The notes under the pieces are model-generated. The model had not been told where the DNA came from. It saw only the letters and a program-made list of their open reading frames with translations, and ran no database searches. Source: a virus (lineage: Duplodnaviria > Heunggongvirae > Uroviricota > Caudoviricetes). Taken from it: DNA of 64,000 bases. The position numbers and the translations under genes are program-made. How positions within the stretch are numbered: position 1 is the stretch's first letter; each line of letters starts with the position of its first letter. Positions 54,204 to 64,000 of the stretch are shown here, piece after piece. The stretch lies in IMG/VR virus record IMGVR_UViG_2713896905_000004, positions 31,599 to 95,598 of that record; one strand, 5' to 3'.

Positions 54204-55793
54204 ATGTCTCAATATTCAATTCAACAGTCATTAGGTAATGCATCCGGCGTCGCGGTTAGCCCGATCAATGCCGATGCGACGTTATCTACCGGTGTTGCAT
54301 TAAATAGCAGCTTGTGGGCTGGTATTGGCGTATTTGCGCGTGGCAAGCCGTTTACTGTTCTTGCGGTTACTGAGTCCAATTACGAAGATGTTCTCGGCGA
54401 ACCGCTGAAGCCGTCTTCCGGCTCACAGTTCGAACCAATTCGCCATGTATACGAAGCTATTCAGCAAACGTCTGGTTATGTTGTTCGCGCTGTTCCGGAT
54501 GATGCGAAGTTCCCGATTATTATGTTCGATGAATCAGGCGAACCGGCTTACAGTGCGTTGCCATACGGTTCTGAAATTGAACTTGATAGTGGCGAAGCCT
54601 TTGCTATCTACGTTGATGATGGTGATCCGTGTATTTCACCTACCCGTGAGTTAACCATCGAAACGGCAACAGCGGACAGCGCGGGTAATGAACGCTTCCT
54701 CTTAAAACTGACCCAGACGACTTCGCTCGGCGTGGTAACGACCCTGGAGACACACACTGTGTCTTTGGCGGAAGAAGCGAAAGATGACATGGGCCGCTTG
54801 TGTTATCTGCCTACGGCTCTGGAAGCCCGTTCTAAATATCTGCGCGCGGTTGTTAATGAAGAGCTGATTTCGACAGCGAAAGTAACAAACAAAAAATCGT
54901 TGGCGTTCACTGGCGGTACCAACGGCGATCAGTCGAAAATCTCAACCGCTGCGTACCTGCGTGCGGTGAAAGTGCTGAACAATGCGCCGTACATGTACAC
55001 CGCTGTTCTCGGCCTGGGGTGCTATGACAATGCGGCGATCACTGCGTTAGGTAATATCTGTTCTGATCGCCTGATTGATGGCTTCTTTGATGTCAAACCG
55101 ACATTGACGTACACGGAAGCGATCTCTGCTGTTGAAGATACCGGTTTACTTGGTACCGATTATGTAAGCTGTGCTGTCTATCATTTCCCGTTCTCCTGCA
55201 AAGACAAATGGACCCAATCCCGCGTGGTCTTCGGTCTGTCTGGCGCGGCGTATGCGGCGAAAGCTCGTGGCGTCAAGAAAAACTCCGATGTCGGCGGTTG
55301 GCATTACTCACCGGCTGGTGAAGAACGTGCCGTCATAGCTCGTGCATCACTTCAGCCGCTGTATCCTGAAGACACCCCGGACGAAGAAGCTATGGTCAAG
55401 GGCCGACTCAATAAAGTATCTGTAGGTACTTCGGGCCAGATGATCATCGATGATGCTTTAACTTGCTGCACGCAGGACAACTATCTGCATTTCCAGCACG
55501 TCCCATCCCTGATGAACGCAATCAGCCGTTTCTTTGTCCAGTTAGCCCGACAGATGAAGCATAACCCGGACGGCATTACTGAGTCTGGCCTGACTAAAGG
55601 GATGACCAAACTTTTGGATCGCTTTGTCGCCTCCGGCGCTCTGGTGGCTCCTCGTGATCCTGATGCTGACGGTACAGAACCGTATGTGCTGAAAGTTACG
55701 CAGGCGGAATTCGATAAATGGGAAGTAGTCTGGGCCTGCTGCCCGACTGGCGTAGCCCGTCGTATCCAGGGCGTACCGCTGCTTATTAAGTAA
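54204..55793 (+). CDS. putative tail sheath protein (gene 22 position)
   Basis: 529-aa ORF by position and size. Confidence 0.5.
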   Translation: MSQYSIQQSLGNASGVAVSPINADATLSTGVALNSSLWAGIGVFARGKPFTVLAVTESNYEDVLGEPLKPSSGSQFEPIRHVYEAIQQTSGYVVRAVPDDAKFPIIMFDESGEPAYSALPYGSEIELDSGEAFAIYVDDGDPCISPTRELTIETATADSAGNERFLLKLTQTTSLGVVTTLETHTVSLAEEAKDDMGRLCYLPTALEARSKYLRAVVNEELISTAKVTNKKSLAFTGGTNGDQSKISTAAYLRAVKVLNNAPYMYTAVLGLGCYDNAAITALGNICSDRLIDGFFDVKPTLTYTEAISAVEDTGLLGTDYVSCAVYHFPFSCKDKWTQSRVVFGLSGAAYAAKARGVKKNSDVGGWHYSPAGEERAVIARASLQPLYPEDTPDEEAMVKGRLNKVSVGTSGQMIIDDALTCCTQDNYLHFQHVPSLMNAISRFFVQLARQMKHNPDGITESGLTKGMTKLLDRFVASGALVAPRDPDADGTEPYVLKVTQAEFDKWEVVWACCPTGVARRIQGVPLLIK

Positions 55794-55802
55794 GGAAATA
55801 CA

Positions 55803-56618
55803 ATGAGCAAAAACTTTTTTCAATCCGGGGCATTTTTGGGGAATGGACTGTCTCGTTTCGCTTTGAACTCTGATCCTGTGCAGTTGATGGAGTCTGCCCG
55901 AGCAAGCGCCGAACCGACAACAGATCCGGTTATTAATAATAATCCGGAACCGGAGGCACAGACTAACGATAACGTTCCATCTGCCACGGCTCCTGAGCAA
56001 ATCCTGGAAGGGAAAGACGGTAAAGAATGGACCGTCGAACAGGCGCACCAGATGATTCTGGAAGCTGCAAATCGAAGTGCTATGCAGAATGCGTTGAGTG
56101 ATGCGGCCGACGCCGTTTTCGCCTGGGCTGATAGCGGTGATCTGACTTTCGACTCCCTTGATGGTTTCGTTCAGGCTATCGCTGGTATCTCTGATGACGA
56201 CGACTCCGAAGTTACAGAAGAACAGGACGATGCCTATAACGAAGCATGGGCAAATGTTGCTGACTTCCTCGCAGCATGCGGTGTAGATGATGACCTGATC
56301 GAAGCACTGGCTGACGATGAAGACGACGACGCAGCTGCTGATGTTGGTGCCTCTATCGCTGGTTTAGATAGCGACGACCGTGACGAACTGGAAGCGGCGT
56401 TTGTTGTTGCTGGCACTTCTGATGAAATGCTGACTGAAGCATTTAAGAAGGTTGTTCGTAACGGTGAGATCAAACTCATCCGTAAACGCCTGCGTAAAAA
56501 ACGTCTGACTGCGGCTCAAAAATCGGCGCTGAAAAAAGCGCGTCGAAAAGCCCAGACCGGCGCGGCAAAACTTGCCCGCAAAAAGTCAATGAAACTGCGC
56601 CGTAAGCGCCTTGGCTAA
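55803..56618 (+). CDS. acidic protein with basic C-terminal tail
   Basis: 271-aa ORF with ribosome-binding site. Confidence 0.45.
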   Translation: MSKNFFQSGAFLGNGLSRFALNSDPVQLMESARASAEPTTDPVINNNPEPEAQTNDNVPSATAPEQILEGKDGKEWTVEQAHQMILEAANRSAMQNALSDAADAVFAWADSGDLTFDSLDGFVQAIAGISDDDDSEVTEEQDDAYNEAWANVADFLAACGVDDDLIEALADDEDDDAAADVGASIAGLDSDDRDELEAAFVVAGTSDEMLTEAFKKVVRNGEIKLIRKRLRKKRLTAAQKSALKKARRKAQTGAAKLARKKSMKLRRKRLG

Positions 56619-56653
56619 AGGAGGAGGCCGGAGAACTCCGGCCTTTAACTTGA

Positions 56654-57235
56654 ATGGCACCTATACCTTATGGGGTTTACAGCCAGGCTGACGGTGTATC
56701 GCCATTTCTGAAAGTTACTTTAACGAACTCTCAGTACCAGGTTACCGGATATATCAGCCAGGGAGCGGCAATGAACATGGCCCAGAATTGGGAAGCGCCG
56801 TTTACCGGTATGTCCATGGGATCTGTTTCTGGTGCTCTGGGTGGTTTTGTGCAAGTAGGTACTGAAACAACGTCGGTTGCCCGTTGGAATAGCTTAATGG
56901 TTTGGGAAGGGGGGACTCCGCCGACGTTCACGCTGCCTGTAACTTTCATTGCTTTGAACAATCCATTCATTGAAGTTTCAGGCGCTATCGCCGCGTTGAC
57001 AGCCATGATTAGCCCGGAACTAAAAGCGGCCAATGTTGGTGGTCGAATCCCGGAGCGCGTGACGCTAAACATTGGTCGCCGGATCAACATCACCGATGTC
57101 GCCATCCAGGACTTAAGTTTTGATCTCGATGCGCCAAGGGACAGTAATGGATATTTCCTGAAAAACACCGTCAACCTCCAGTTGACCGGTTCTTCGATAT
57201 ATAACAGCTCCGATATTGTTCGGGCGTTCCAGTAA
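56654..57235 (+). CDS. putative structural protein
   Basis: 193-aa ORF. Confidence 0.4.
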   Translation: MAPIPYGVYSQADGVSPFLKVTLTNSQYQVTGYISQGAAMNMAQNWEAPFTGMSMGSVSGALGGFVQVGTETTSVARWNSLMVWEGGTPPTFTLPVTFIALNNPFIEVSGAIAALTAMISPELKAANVGGRIPERVTLNIGRRINITDVAIQDLSFDLDAPRDSNGYFLKNTVNLQLTGSSIYNSSDIVRAFQ

Positions 57236-57246
57236 AAGGATTTTAT

Positions 57247-57756
57247 ATGGGGCACAATAACACTAAGGGAAACCGTAAATTTATTAAGGGCCGCTATACT
57301 GCCAACGCGGCCAAAGGCGAACGACTGGTATCTTCTGAATTCCAGCTCACTTTTGCAGGCCATGAAGATATCAGCGTACTGGTTCGCACGTCGCAAATCC
57401 CTGAAATGACACGCGAGGATGTGGAGGACTATGGTCCGAATGGTGTGAAGTTCAACCAGCACGGACCAATTCGAAACTCTGGGGAAATCCAGGTCCAGTG
57501 CGTGGAGACTATCGAAGGCGATATTCTTCAGTTCATCAAGGATCGCATTGCGGCGAAGGACTATGTTGATATCACGATGGCTGCTACCCCTGAATCCAAA
57601 TCTTCCGGGGTTAACGCTGTGACAAAAGCTGCTACAACAATTGAAATGTTGGACTGCAAAATCTACAGTGATGCAATCGACTTTAGTACCGAAGATGTGA
57701 CTGCCGCTGTGCGCCCGTCACTTCGTATCGTCTACAACTGGATTGAGTGGGATTAA
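57247..57756 (+). CDS. putative structural protein
   Basis: 169-aa ORF. Confidence 0.4.
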   Translation: MGHNNTKGNRKFIKGRYTANAAKGERLVSSEFQLTFAGHEDISVLVRTSQIPEMTREDVEDYGPNGVKFNQHGPIRNSGEIQVQCVETIEGDILQFIKDRIAAKDYVDITMAATPESKSSGVNAVTKAATTIEMLDCKIYSDAIDFSTEDVTAAVRPSLRIVYNWIEWD

Positions 57757-57891
57757 GAGTCATCCCTTGTATTTTAAAGCTCCTTCGGGAGCTTTTTTTA
57801 TAACTATTTTATATAAGAATGCATCGATAACATTGTCTTGAGTTTTATGTTAGATTATTAATGTTCTAATAAACTACAATTATTGAGGTAG

Positions 57892-58524
57892 ATGTTTGTG
57901 CCTGTACTGTTAAAGGGGGACTCTAAAATGGCTGTGATTCCAATGTCGTACTCCCCGGGTACTGTCGCTCGTCGATTTTCGATCCTGGACGGAGTTACCA
58001 TCCAGGGTGTGCTTTACCAGGTTATATGGGATTCCAAAACCCCATTTGCAGCTGTAATAGAGGCTGCGCCTTCTGTTATCGATGGTGATATGCGCCATAA
58101 GGTTGTCGCTACTCTTGAACTTCAACGTCGCCCGCAGCTTGAAGGCGTACTGGTAAGGAAGTTCTGGGAGGATAGCGATGTTGCCCAGATTGAAGGTATC
58201 GTGGTTGATGGAACCGTCCGGGATGTCGGTTTAGCTACTTTTGTTTACGAAACCGTAGCCTCAAAAGCTGGTGTTGTTTTGCTCAGTGATAATGAGCAAT
58301 ACGAAGGTGGAAAAGCTCTTTGGCAACACATCGCCCGTCGCTCTTCCGAGCTAAAAGTGTTTATCCTCGACACCGATGCCGCTCAGTATTACCCGTTTGA
58401 CGGCGAACGTGTTTGCTATGACGGGGTAAGTATTCCTGAATCCGAGATATGGAGTGAACACCCAGATCGAAGTAAGCATGGGGTTGTTCTGGTCGCTGAA
58501 TCCATAATTGGAAAGGCGGCATAG
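57892..58524 (+). CDS. hypothetical protein behind an AT-rich leader
   Basis: 210-aa ORF (possible internal start at MAVIPMSY). Confidence 0.45.
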   Translation: MFVPVLLKGDSKMAVIPMSYSPGTVARRFSILDGVTIQGVLYQVIWDSKTPFAAVIEAAPSVIDGDMRHKVVATLELQRRPQLEGVLVRKFWEDSDVAQIEGIVVDGTVRDVGLATFVYETVASKAGVVLLSDNEQYEGGKALWQHIARRSSELKVFILDTDAAQYYPFDGERVCYDGVSIPESEIWSEHPDRSKHGVVLVAESIIGKAA

Positions 58525-58706
58525 CAGTAAAAAATTCCTTGCTCCTAAAAAGGGGAGAGGGCTAATCTACGTATGCTAAGCATAGATATGGCCTCAGATT
58601 AATGTTAAGCGTCTTGCAGGACGCGTAATGTTATCTGGGGCTTTCTTCTATCTGCTTGTCGGGTAATGCCTGAAGCAGATAGCCTCAAGCACCCGCAGCG
58701 ATTGTA

Positions 58707-59033
58707 TCAATGTCTGGCTTTTTTTCTATAGAAATCACCTGGAAGGGTGAATATCCACATCAGAAGAAATGTTGCAGCAAACATGATCCCTAATGGCCAG
58801 ACCGCGCCAAAGAAAATCCATACTAAGATCTCCTCTGCTCGTTCTTTGCGGTCGATATCGACAAGCATTTTTCGGCTGATCATGTATACACAGAAGCCAA
58901 TACAAACATATCCTGCAAAAGCGATCGCTAACTGTAAAAAATCAGATTGCATCTCCGACCTCAAACTGAAAACGCCAGGTGACTCCAGATTAGAGCAATC
59001 TATCACCCTCTGAATCCTGCCGGTATACCCCAT
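58707..59033 (-). CDS. small membrane protein downstream of repL
   Basis: Two hydrophobic helices. Confidence 0.4.
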   Translation of the reverse strand: MGYTGRIQRVIDCSNLESPGVFSLRSEMQSDFLQLAIAFAGYVCIGFCVYMISRKMLVDIDRKERAEEILVWIFFGAVWPLGIMFAATFLLMWIFTLPGDFYRKKARH

Positions 59034-59848
59034 TTTTCGTTATCTTTATTTTTGGCTAAAACCGCATTAAGAGCTTCGTTTACCGTCATGCAATGCGGCA
59101 AATTATCGAAGTTTGATACCCCGCCAATATCAGGAGAACGCTTGTTCTTCAGGTAAGCATATTTCCGCGCTGCCGCCTCTACCTTCTGCTTGAACTCATG
59201 TTTTTGAGCGCGTTTTTTGGATAACCGCAGATTGTCAGCCTTTGCTTTTGCCTCAGCGATCCATGAAGTCAATTTTTTGAGTCTGGTCGTTCCGGCACCG
59301 CCGGAAACTGATCTTTTTGTTTTTTTAACTTGTGACTTCTTATTCTTTATTGCCACGTCATCCTGACAGGGGGAGGGGGTATCATTTTGACATGGGGGTG
59401 TGGATAAAAAATTAAATAAAGCCAATGTCTTAGCGAGAACAGCTTTAACCTTGGTTGCCGCTGAAGAGATCTTTAATTTGCTTTCAATCAGCGCATTTTT
59501 GGCTTGTTGTGCGAAGGCCAAAAAGGATGGTGTAAACCGGTACAGGTTAGCGCGACGTTCACGGTGATCGCCGATAACAATCTCTACAGACAGAATTCCT
59601 TTGTTTACAGCTTCACGGAATGCACGAACGACGGTTGATTGGCTATAACCAGTTTCTGCCGCGATCAGGCGGTGAGGCTTGTGAATGAAGTATTCACTGG
59701 TTGTTGCCGCGAGATTTGCACATTGCGACAGGATATGCCCGGCGCTACGGGATAGACCGGAGTGTGTTACAAAGCAGGCCAATTCATAGCCAGAAAAAGT
59801 AAAATCGCTCATCGTTATACAGCTCAGGAAAGTGACTTTAGCCAGCAT
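59003..59848 (-). CDS. repL: lytic replication initiator RepL
   Basis: 281-aa protein downstream of kilA under a C1 operator. Confidence 0.7.
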   Translation of the reverse strand: MLAKVTFLSCITMSDFTFSGYELACFVTHSGLSRSAGHILSQCANLAATTSEYFIHKPHRLIAAETGYSQSTVVRAFREAVNKGILSVEIVIGDHRERRANLYRFTPSFLAFAQQAKNALIESKLKISSAATKVKAVLAKTLALFNFLSTPPCQNDTPSPCQDDVAIKNKKSQVKKTKRSVSGGAGTTRLKKLTSWIAEAKAKADNLRLSKKRAQKHEFKQKVEAAARKYAYLKNKRSPDIGGVSNFDNLPHCMTVNEALNAVLAKNKDNEKWGIPAGFRG

Positions 59849-59877
59849 TACAATGCTGGTGGTTCTTACTACGTCTG

Positions 59878-60678
59878 TTAGCGCGTTGCCGCGACAGGTA
59901 CCAGCACACCAGCATCAAGCAATCGCTTCATCAGCCACTGCTGACCTTTGCCGGTTATACGAGTCGTGAAAGAAATCCTGCTTCCATTGCTTGTATCGAT
60001 CACGGTTTCTTTAAGGGTGAAATACCCACGGGATATGTATTCTTGTTTGGGGACGTTCCTGCGTTCACCGGTTGCGATCAGAATTCCGTTATCACGCAAC
60101 CAGGTGAAGAGATAGTTTTGGCCCAGGCCGAGCACTTTGGCATAGTTGCCGATTAGAACCCCGCTGGCGGTAGCAACGCGTTCGGCGAATTCGACTTTAG
60201 GTGCATCCATCAGCATTTTTTGCTCCAGCCGTTGCTTTTGCTCTGCCAGGTCAGCAGCCAAACGGAGAGCTTCTGGGAGGCTCTTCGGAATAGCAGGTTG
60301 TAATCTTCCAGCTCGATAGTCGATAAATGTCTGGTTTACCTTCAGCCGAAACGCGGGAGAAATCCAACCAGCGTACTCCACTGCGAGCAATTCATGGGCA
60401 AAAGTGCCGCCGCCACGGCCTTCGAACGAAACTATGCAATTCTGCATAGTTTCTTTTTCAAGCTCTTCGATGAGCTGTTTGGCTGACAGCGTTCTTAGCC
60501 ATTGAGCTGGCGCTTTATGGGCACCGAGTCCGCTCGCTCTGTGTAGAGCATTAAGGTTATAACGGCCAGCGCGGTCGGTCGTAATTTCAACACCACAAAT
60601 AACAGGCAGGGTGGTTGAAGGATCGACATTTTGATGAAGGTTTGATATATTCATATCCGCATTGAATGTTTGTTGCAT
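59878..60678 (-). CDS. kilA: KilA (KilA-N plus KilA-C domains)
   Basis: 266 aa; C-terminal domain shared with the two Ant-like proteins. Confidence 0.75.
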   Translation of the reverse strand: MQQTFNADMNISNLHQNVDPSTTLPVICGVEITTDRAGRYNLNALHRASGLGAHKAPAQWLRTLSAKQLIEELEKETMQNCIVSFEGRGGGTFAHELLAVEYAGWISPAFRLKVNQTFIDYRAGRLQPAIPKSLPEALRLAADLAEQKQRLEQKMLMDAPKVEFAERVATASGVLIGNYAKVLGLGQNYLFTWLRDNGILIATGERRNVPKQEYISRGYFTLKETVIDTSNGSRISFTTRITGKGQQWLMKRLLDAGVLVPVAATR

Positions 60679-60747
60679 TTTTTCTCCAAACTTGCATCAA
60701 CCTTCAATCACCAGCTCGAAATGGTGATTCTTTGCACTTAGAAAACG

Positions 60748-60765
60748 AAATTTATTAGAGCAAAT
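60748..60765 (-). promoter_or_regulatory. C1 operator for the kilA-repL operon
   Basis: aaatttattagagcaaat. Confidence 0.6.
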
Positions 60766-60842
60766 TTTTCTAACTCGATCCAGATCGGGTTGGTCGATCT
60801 GCTCAGAAACCTGCCAGTTTGCTGGCAGGTTTTTTTCTTTTG

Positions 60843-62252
60843 TTAACCTATTGCTACTGGTTTTAACAAACCAGCATCAAGTAGCTTGCGAGTTAACCAC
60901 TGCTGGCCTTTACCCGTTAATTGGGGCGTCAGCCGTATCTGGTAGCCATTTTCATCATCCAGCACCACTTCTTTCACCGTGAAATACCCGGCGTTAATGT
61001 ACTGCTGGCGCGGTACGTTTTTGCGCGCACCAAAAGCCATGAGAATGCCGTTCTGGCGCAACCATGAGAAAAGGGCGTTTTGCTTAAGTCCAACGACCTT
61101 TGCAAAGTTCCCGATCAGGATTCCATTAGCCGCTGATACCCGGTCGGCAAAATCGACTTTAGGGGCTGCGGCCACCAGCTGCTGATTTAGCTGGTGGGTT
61201 TTCTGTTCCAGTAGCTGCTTTTGTTCAGCCAGCTCGGCAGCCAGGCGCAGAGCTTCGGGAAGCGTCTGGGGGATTGCGACCGGTTGCTGTTCTTTTTGCC
61301 GGAAGTAGCTGTCTTCCAGTTTTTCAAAGAATGCCCACGCTTGCTCTGTGTCTACGATCTTAGACATGCGTGCCGCTCCGCGTTCGGTCCAGAGTATTAA
61401 GGATCTGGTCTTGGGGGAAATTTGCAACTCGCTAAAAGATAGTCGCAAACTTTTTATCTCATCTCCTTTGATTTTAAAGAAGTGTTTACCCTCTACAAAT
61501 CGTTCTTCATTGCGATTGTAGTTCTGCTGAATACGAGTAGGTGTAGTGCCATACCCTCTAGCAAGAGTCTCGGTTGTCACGACGCGTACTCCCTGCCATT
61601 CCAGAACGGGAATTTCATCAGGATGATTTTCAACATTTATAGGTTCCAATGCCTGAATCATGGTATGTAGCGAACGGCGGACCGCTTTTGACTCGCGCGC
61701 GGCAACGCGCAGGGCTTGTTTGTAGGTCATGGTTATGACAACCATAGGCGTACCGCCACCTGGCGGCACGGTTGCACTTTTTGTGTAACCGTCCTCACCT
61801 TCTAATTCGTCGAGTATTTTTTCGATGAATTTGTTGTTCCGAACGTCTGGTTCCCCACATAACTTACGCGCTTCATTGACCATCTTTAACAGTGTCTGGC
61901 TGTCGATTGTGTCTCCGGTGTTGGGGATGATATTCACGGCTGGTGCTGGCGTAGCTGAAGCAACAGGTGCTGGTTTTTCAACATTTAAATTATTACCGGT
62001 CATTCTATGTGCCTCCTTTCTCATTTCTGCTGCCACTGTTGCGTAACGTAGACGTCCTTGTTCAATCAAATAATCCCTGATCTCGGCTATCAGTAGCTTG
62101 TTGATCACAGCCTTATCTGTTCGGGTATAAAAACGTCTGGTTATCATGAAATAGTTGGCAATTGCGCCGGGGATCTCCCGTGTCGGCATACAGGCAGTAT
62201 GCAGGGCGATCGCTTCGGCTATGTCATTACGGGTGACGAGAGGTTTTTTCAT
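60843..62252 (-). CDS. ant1: antirepressor Ant
   Basis: 469 aa; preceded by the icd-like ORF and a C1 operator. Confidence 0.8.
   Translation of the reverse strand: MKKPLVTRNDIAEAIALHTACMPTREIPGAIANYFMITRRFYTRTDKAVINKLLIAEIRDYLIEQGRLRYATVAAEMRKEAHRMTGNNLNVEKPAPVASATPAPAVNIIPNTGDTIDSQTLLKMVNEARKLCGEPDVRNNKFIEKILDELEGEDGYTKSATVPPGGGTPMVVITMTYKQALRVAARESKAVRRSLHTMIQALEPINVENHPDEIPVLEWQGVRVVTTETLARGYGTTPTRIQQNYNRNEERFVEGKHFFKIKGDEIKSLRLSFSELQISPKTRSLILWTERGAARMSKIVDTEQAWAFFEKLEDSYFRQKEQQPVAIPQTLPEALRLAAELAEQKQLLEQKTHQLNQQLVAAAPKVDFADRVSAANGILIGNFAKVVGLKQNALFSWLRQNGILMAFGARKNVPRQQYINAGYFTVKEVVLDDENGYQIRLTPQLTGKGQQWLTRKLLDAGLLKPVAIG
60855..61400. repeat. long dispersed repeat, copy 2 (pairs with 11040-11600)
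   Basis: By-eye alignment, roughly 90 percent identity. Confidence 0.7.
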
Positions 62253-62470
62253 AAACCCCCCTGAACGTCGGCAGAGAAGGGGAGGCTCCAGTAACTAAGT
62301 GAATTGCGCGAGTTAGTTGAAAAACGGGCAGTAAAAATGCAGGGGCCATCAGGCAATTGAGAGCGTGCTTCGTCTTCTGTTGCTGCGATAACGAAGTGAT
62401 AGTGGTGTTTTTTACAGGAATAGAAACGCCAGATGAATTCTTGGCGTGCGCAAGGATTGGCATTAACCAT
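62249..62470 (-). CDS. icd: Icd (interference with cell division)
   Basis: 73 aa MVNANPCARQEFIWRFYSCKKHHYHFVIAATEDEARSQLPDGPCIF...; overlaps the ant start. Confidence 0.7.
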   Translation of the reverse strand: MVNANPCARQEFIWRFYSCKKHHYHFVIAATEDEARSQLPDGPCIFTARFSTNSRNSLSYWSLPFSADVQGGL

Positions 62471-62479
62471 AGTTACGGC

Positions 62480-62760
62480 CTCGTAAGTTGATAAACAACC
62501 TGCGACCCGCTGCTAAACAGGTGGCAGGACGTGACGGGGTTAGCAGACTGGCACTTACGAAACCAGCAGGCCGAAGCCTCCCCATCACGCCCCACCATAA
62601 TTCGGGCGTAACGTGGTTTACGGACACAAAAATACCGCAATATCGGAAATCTGCGGTTGTCCGCGTAAGTATTCAGGCTGCTAAACCCGGTCGCAGAATT
62701 TGCTACGACGGCGGAACTATAAGCCTGAACGATTAAAAGGTCAATATGATGTGAAAAGAT
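62480..62760 (-). ncRNA. region expected to encode the c4-type antisense RNA and its target sites
   Basis: Non-coding leader between operator and icd; repeated ctgctaaac motifs; exact ends not determined. Confidence 0.3.
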
Positions 62761-62782
62761 AGCATTCGCGACTTAAAAATAC

Positions 62783-62800
62783 AAATTTATTAGAGCATTG
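62783..62800 (-). promoter_or_regulatory. C1 operator for the immunity operon
   Basis: aaatttattagagcattg. Confidence 0.55.
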
Positions 62801-62895
62801 CATGCTTAATAAATACACAATTGGATCTAATAACCTCTTTTTTTTAAAGGCGAAAATATGTACCCTAAATGAGTTATAAGGCAGGTGAGGTTATA

Positions 62896-63543
62896 ATGAG
62901 AAAACTATTACTACCGTTATTATTTATGGCTGGGACTGTTAATGCAGCATCAAGCGTAAAGGAGATTTGTACCGATTATACGAAATACCTTGGGCACGTT
63001 TACGGCTTTGCTGTCAGTCAAGACGAATCCATGCGCAAGAAGTTACTGTCAGATATGAAACGCCTTAAACTTTCTGAAGCGATGGTGCAGCAAGAACTGT
63101 ATAAAGTCGCAACCAACGAAAATGCTAAATATCAATATTCTCGCCTGTTAAATCCCGACGCAAACGAGATCAATCGAAGCTCTTTCGATTATATGGTAAA
63201 GGCATGTGAAACCGCTCCTGATTTTGCTATTCCTAGCTGGGGTGTGCTGGTGGCGAGCAATGCCGTTAATAAAGAAGACGTTGGAAGAAATGGCATTGAC
63301 TCAATCAGAAATGCCCCAGGAATGCGCCATCAAAACGTGCAGGGTACGCTTGAAGAGCGGGCCAGGGGGCCGGGTACAAACTCCCCAATGGGAAACCTCT
63401 CACCAGAGGAATTGCAAGAGTATAACCAACGGATGGAGCAGTATGAGAAAGCGGCACGCGAACAAATGGAACAACAAAAGAACGGTTCACTTAATACCTT
63501 CCAGCAAGGTTTAAAAGCGCTTAATTTACCCTATGAATGGTAA
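62896..63543 (+). CDS. secreted hypothetical protein
   Basis: Signal peptide MRKLLLPLLFMAGTVNA; ribosome-binding site AGGTGAGG. Confidence 0.5.
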   Translation: MRKLLLPLLFMAGTVNAASSVKEICTDYTKYLGHVYGFAVSQDESMRKKLLSDMKRLKLSEAMVQQELYKVATNENAKYQYSRLLNPDANEINRSSFDYMVKACETAPDFAIPSWGVLVASNAVNKEDVGRNGIDSIRNAPGMRHQNVQGTLEERARGPGTNSPMGNLSPEELQEYNQRMEQYEKAAREQMEQQKNGSLNTFQQGLKALNLPYEW

Positions 63544-63604
63544 ATATATTATGGATAACCAATTAAAATATTGATAATCGTTAATATCCAAAGGAGATAA
63601 ATTA

Positions 63605-64000
63605 ATGCGCATCAAACGATTTTTTCTAATTCTTGCTTTGCTTACTCCATTTTCATCAATGGCAAATGTAAGCAAATGGTCAACCGGCGAGACTCATGGT
63701 GTTCGTTCTTATGCTGTTTCCAGCAAAGATAATTATACGCTTACATTTGAGTGCGATGTTGGATTTAATAATACGGATCCCAATCAAGTAGGAACACGAC
63801 TACTCACTCTCATGAAAACAGAACCTGGCGGTGAGTCATTTGATGCTAAAAAAGAACAAATAACGCTGAAAGTTGGTGATGATGAATATCCTATCAGTTC
63901 TATCGGTTCCTCTGTGGGTGATAGTTACTGGTATGGTTTTTGGTCAGATACCCCTGATATGGAAGTTAAAACATTCGATGCATACGTAGACGGAAAAAAA
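63605..64000 (+). CDS. secreted hypothetical protein, 3' end outside window
   Basis: AAAGGAG ribosome-binding site; signal peptide MRIKRFFLILALLTPFSSMA; open to the window edge. Confidence 0.45.
   Translation, partial: MRIKRFFLILALLTPFSSMANVSKWSTGETHGVRSYAVSSKDNYTLTFECDVGFNNTDPNQVGTRLLTLMKTEPGGESFDAKKEQITLKVGDDEYPISSIGSSVGDSYWYGFWSDTPDMEVKTFDAYVDGKK

Overview
This window reads as one contiguous piece of a P1-like temperate phage or phage-plasmid, in reverse orientation to the usual P1 map. The anchors are an exact 34-bp loxP site beside a full-length Cre recombinase, a C1 repressor with Coi, and at least a dozen copies of the asymmetric C1 operator (ATTGCTCTAATAAATTT-like) in front of operons. 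Other backbone features are PacA/PacB with a 7-GATC pac site, Lpa, Phd/Doc, HumD with a LexA box, Hot, a Ban (DnaB-like) operon with tRNAs and a TerB-like gene, a fused C5/N6 methyltransferase (Dmt), an RdgC-like gene, an iteron replicon (DnaA box, GATC cluster, RepA, flanking iterons), ParA/ParB/parS, capsid and sheath genes, RepL/KilA and an icd-ant immunity module. All protein identifications are from motif recognition and memory of P1 proteins; no database search was run. No single locus is an obvious complete novel system. The strongest candidates for non-backbone cargo are: (1) a lone GNAT acetyltransferase gene where P1 carries its type III restriction-modification genes; (2) a T5orf172/GIY-YIG-like gene between the incA-like iterons and parA; (3) a second, diverged icd/ant immunity module next to c1; (4) two small genes translationally coupled to cre; and (5) an AT-rich cluster of small membrane-protein genes. 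No CRISPR array, rRNA or transposase was seen.
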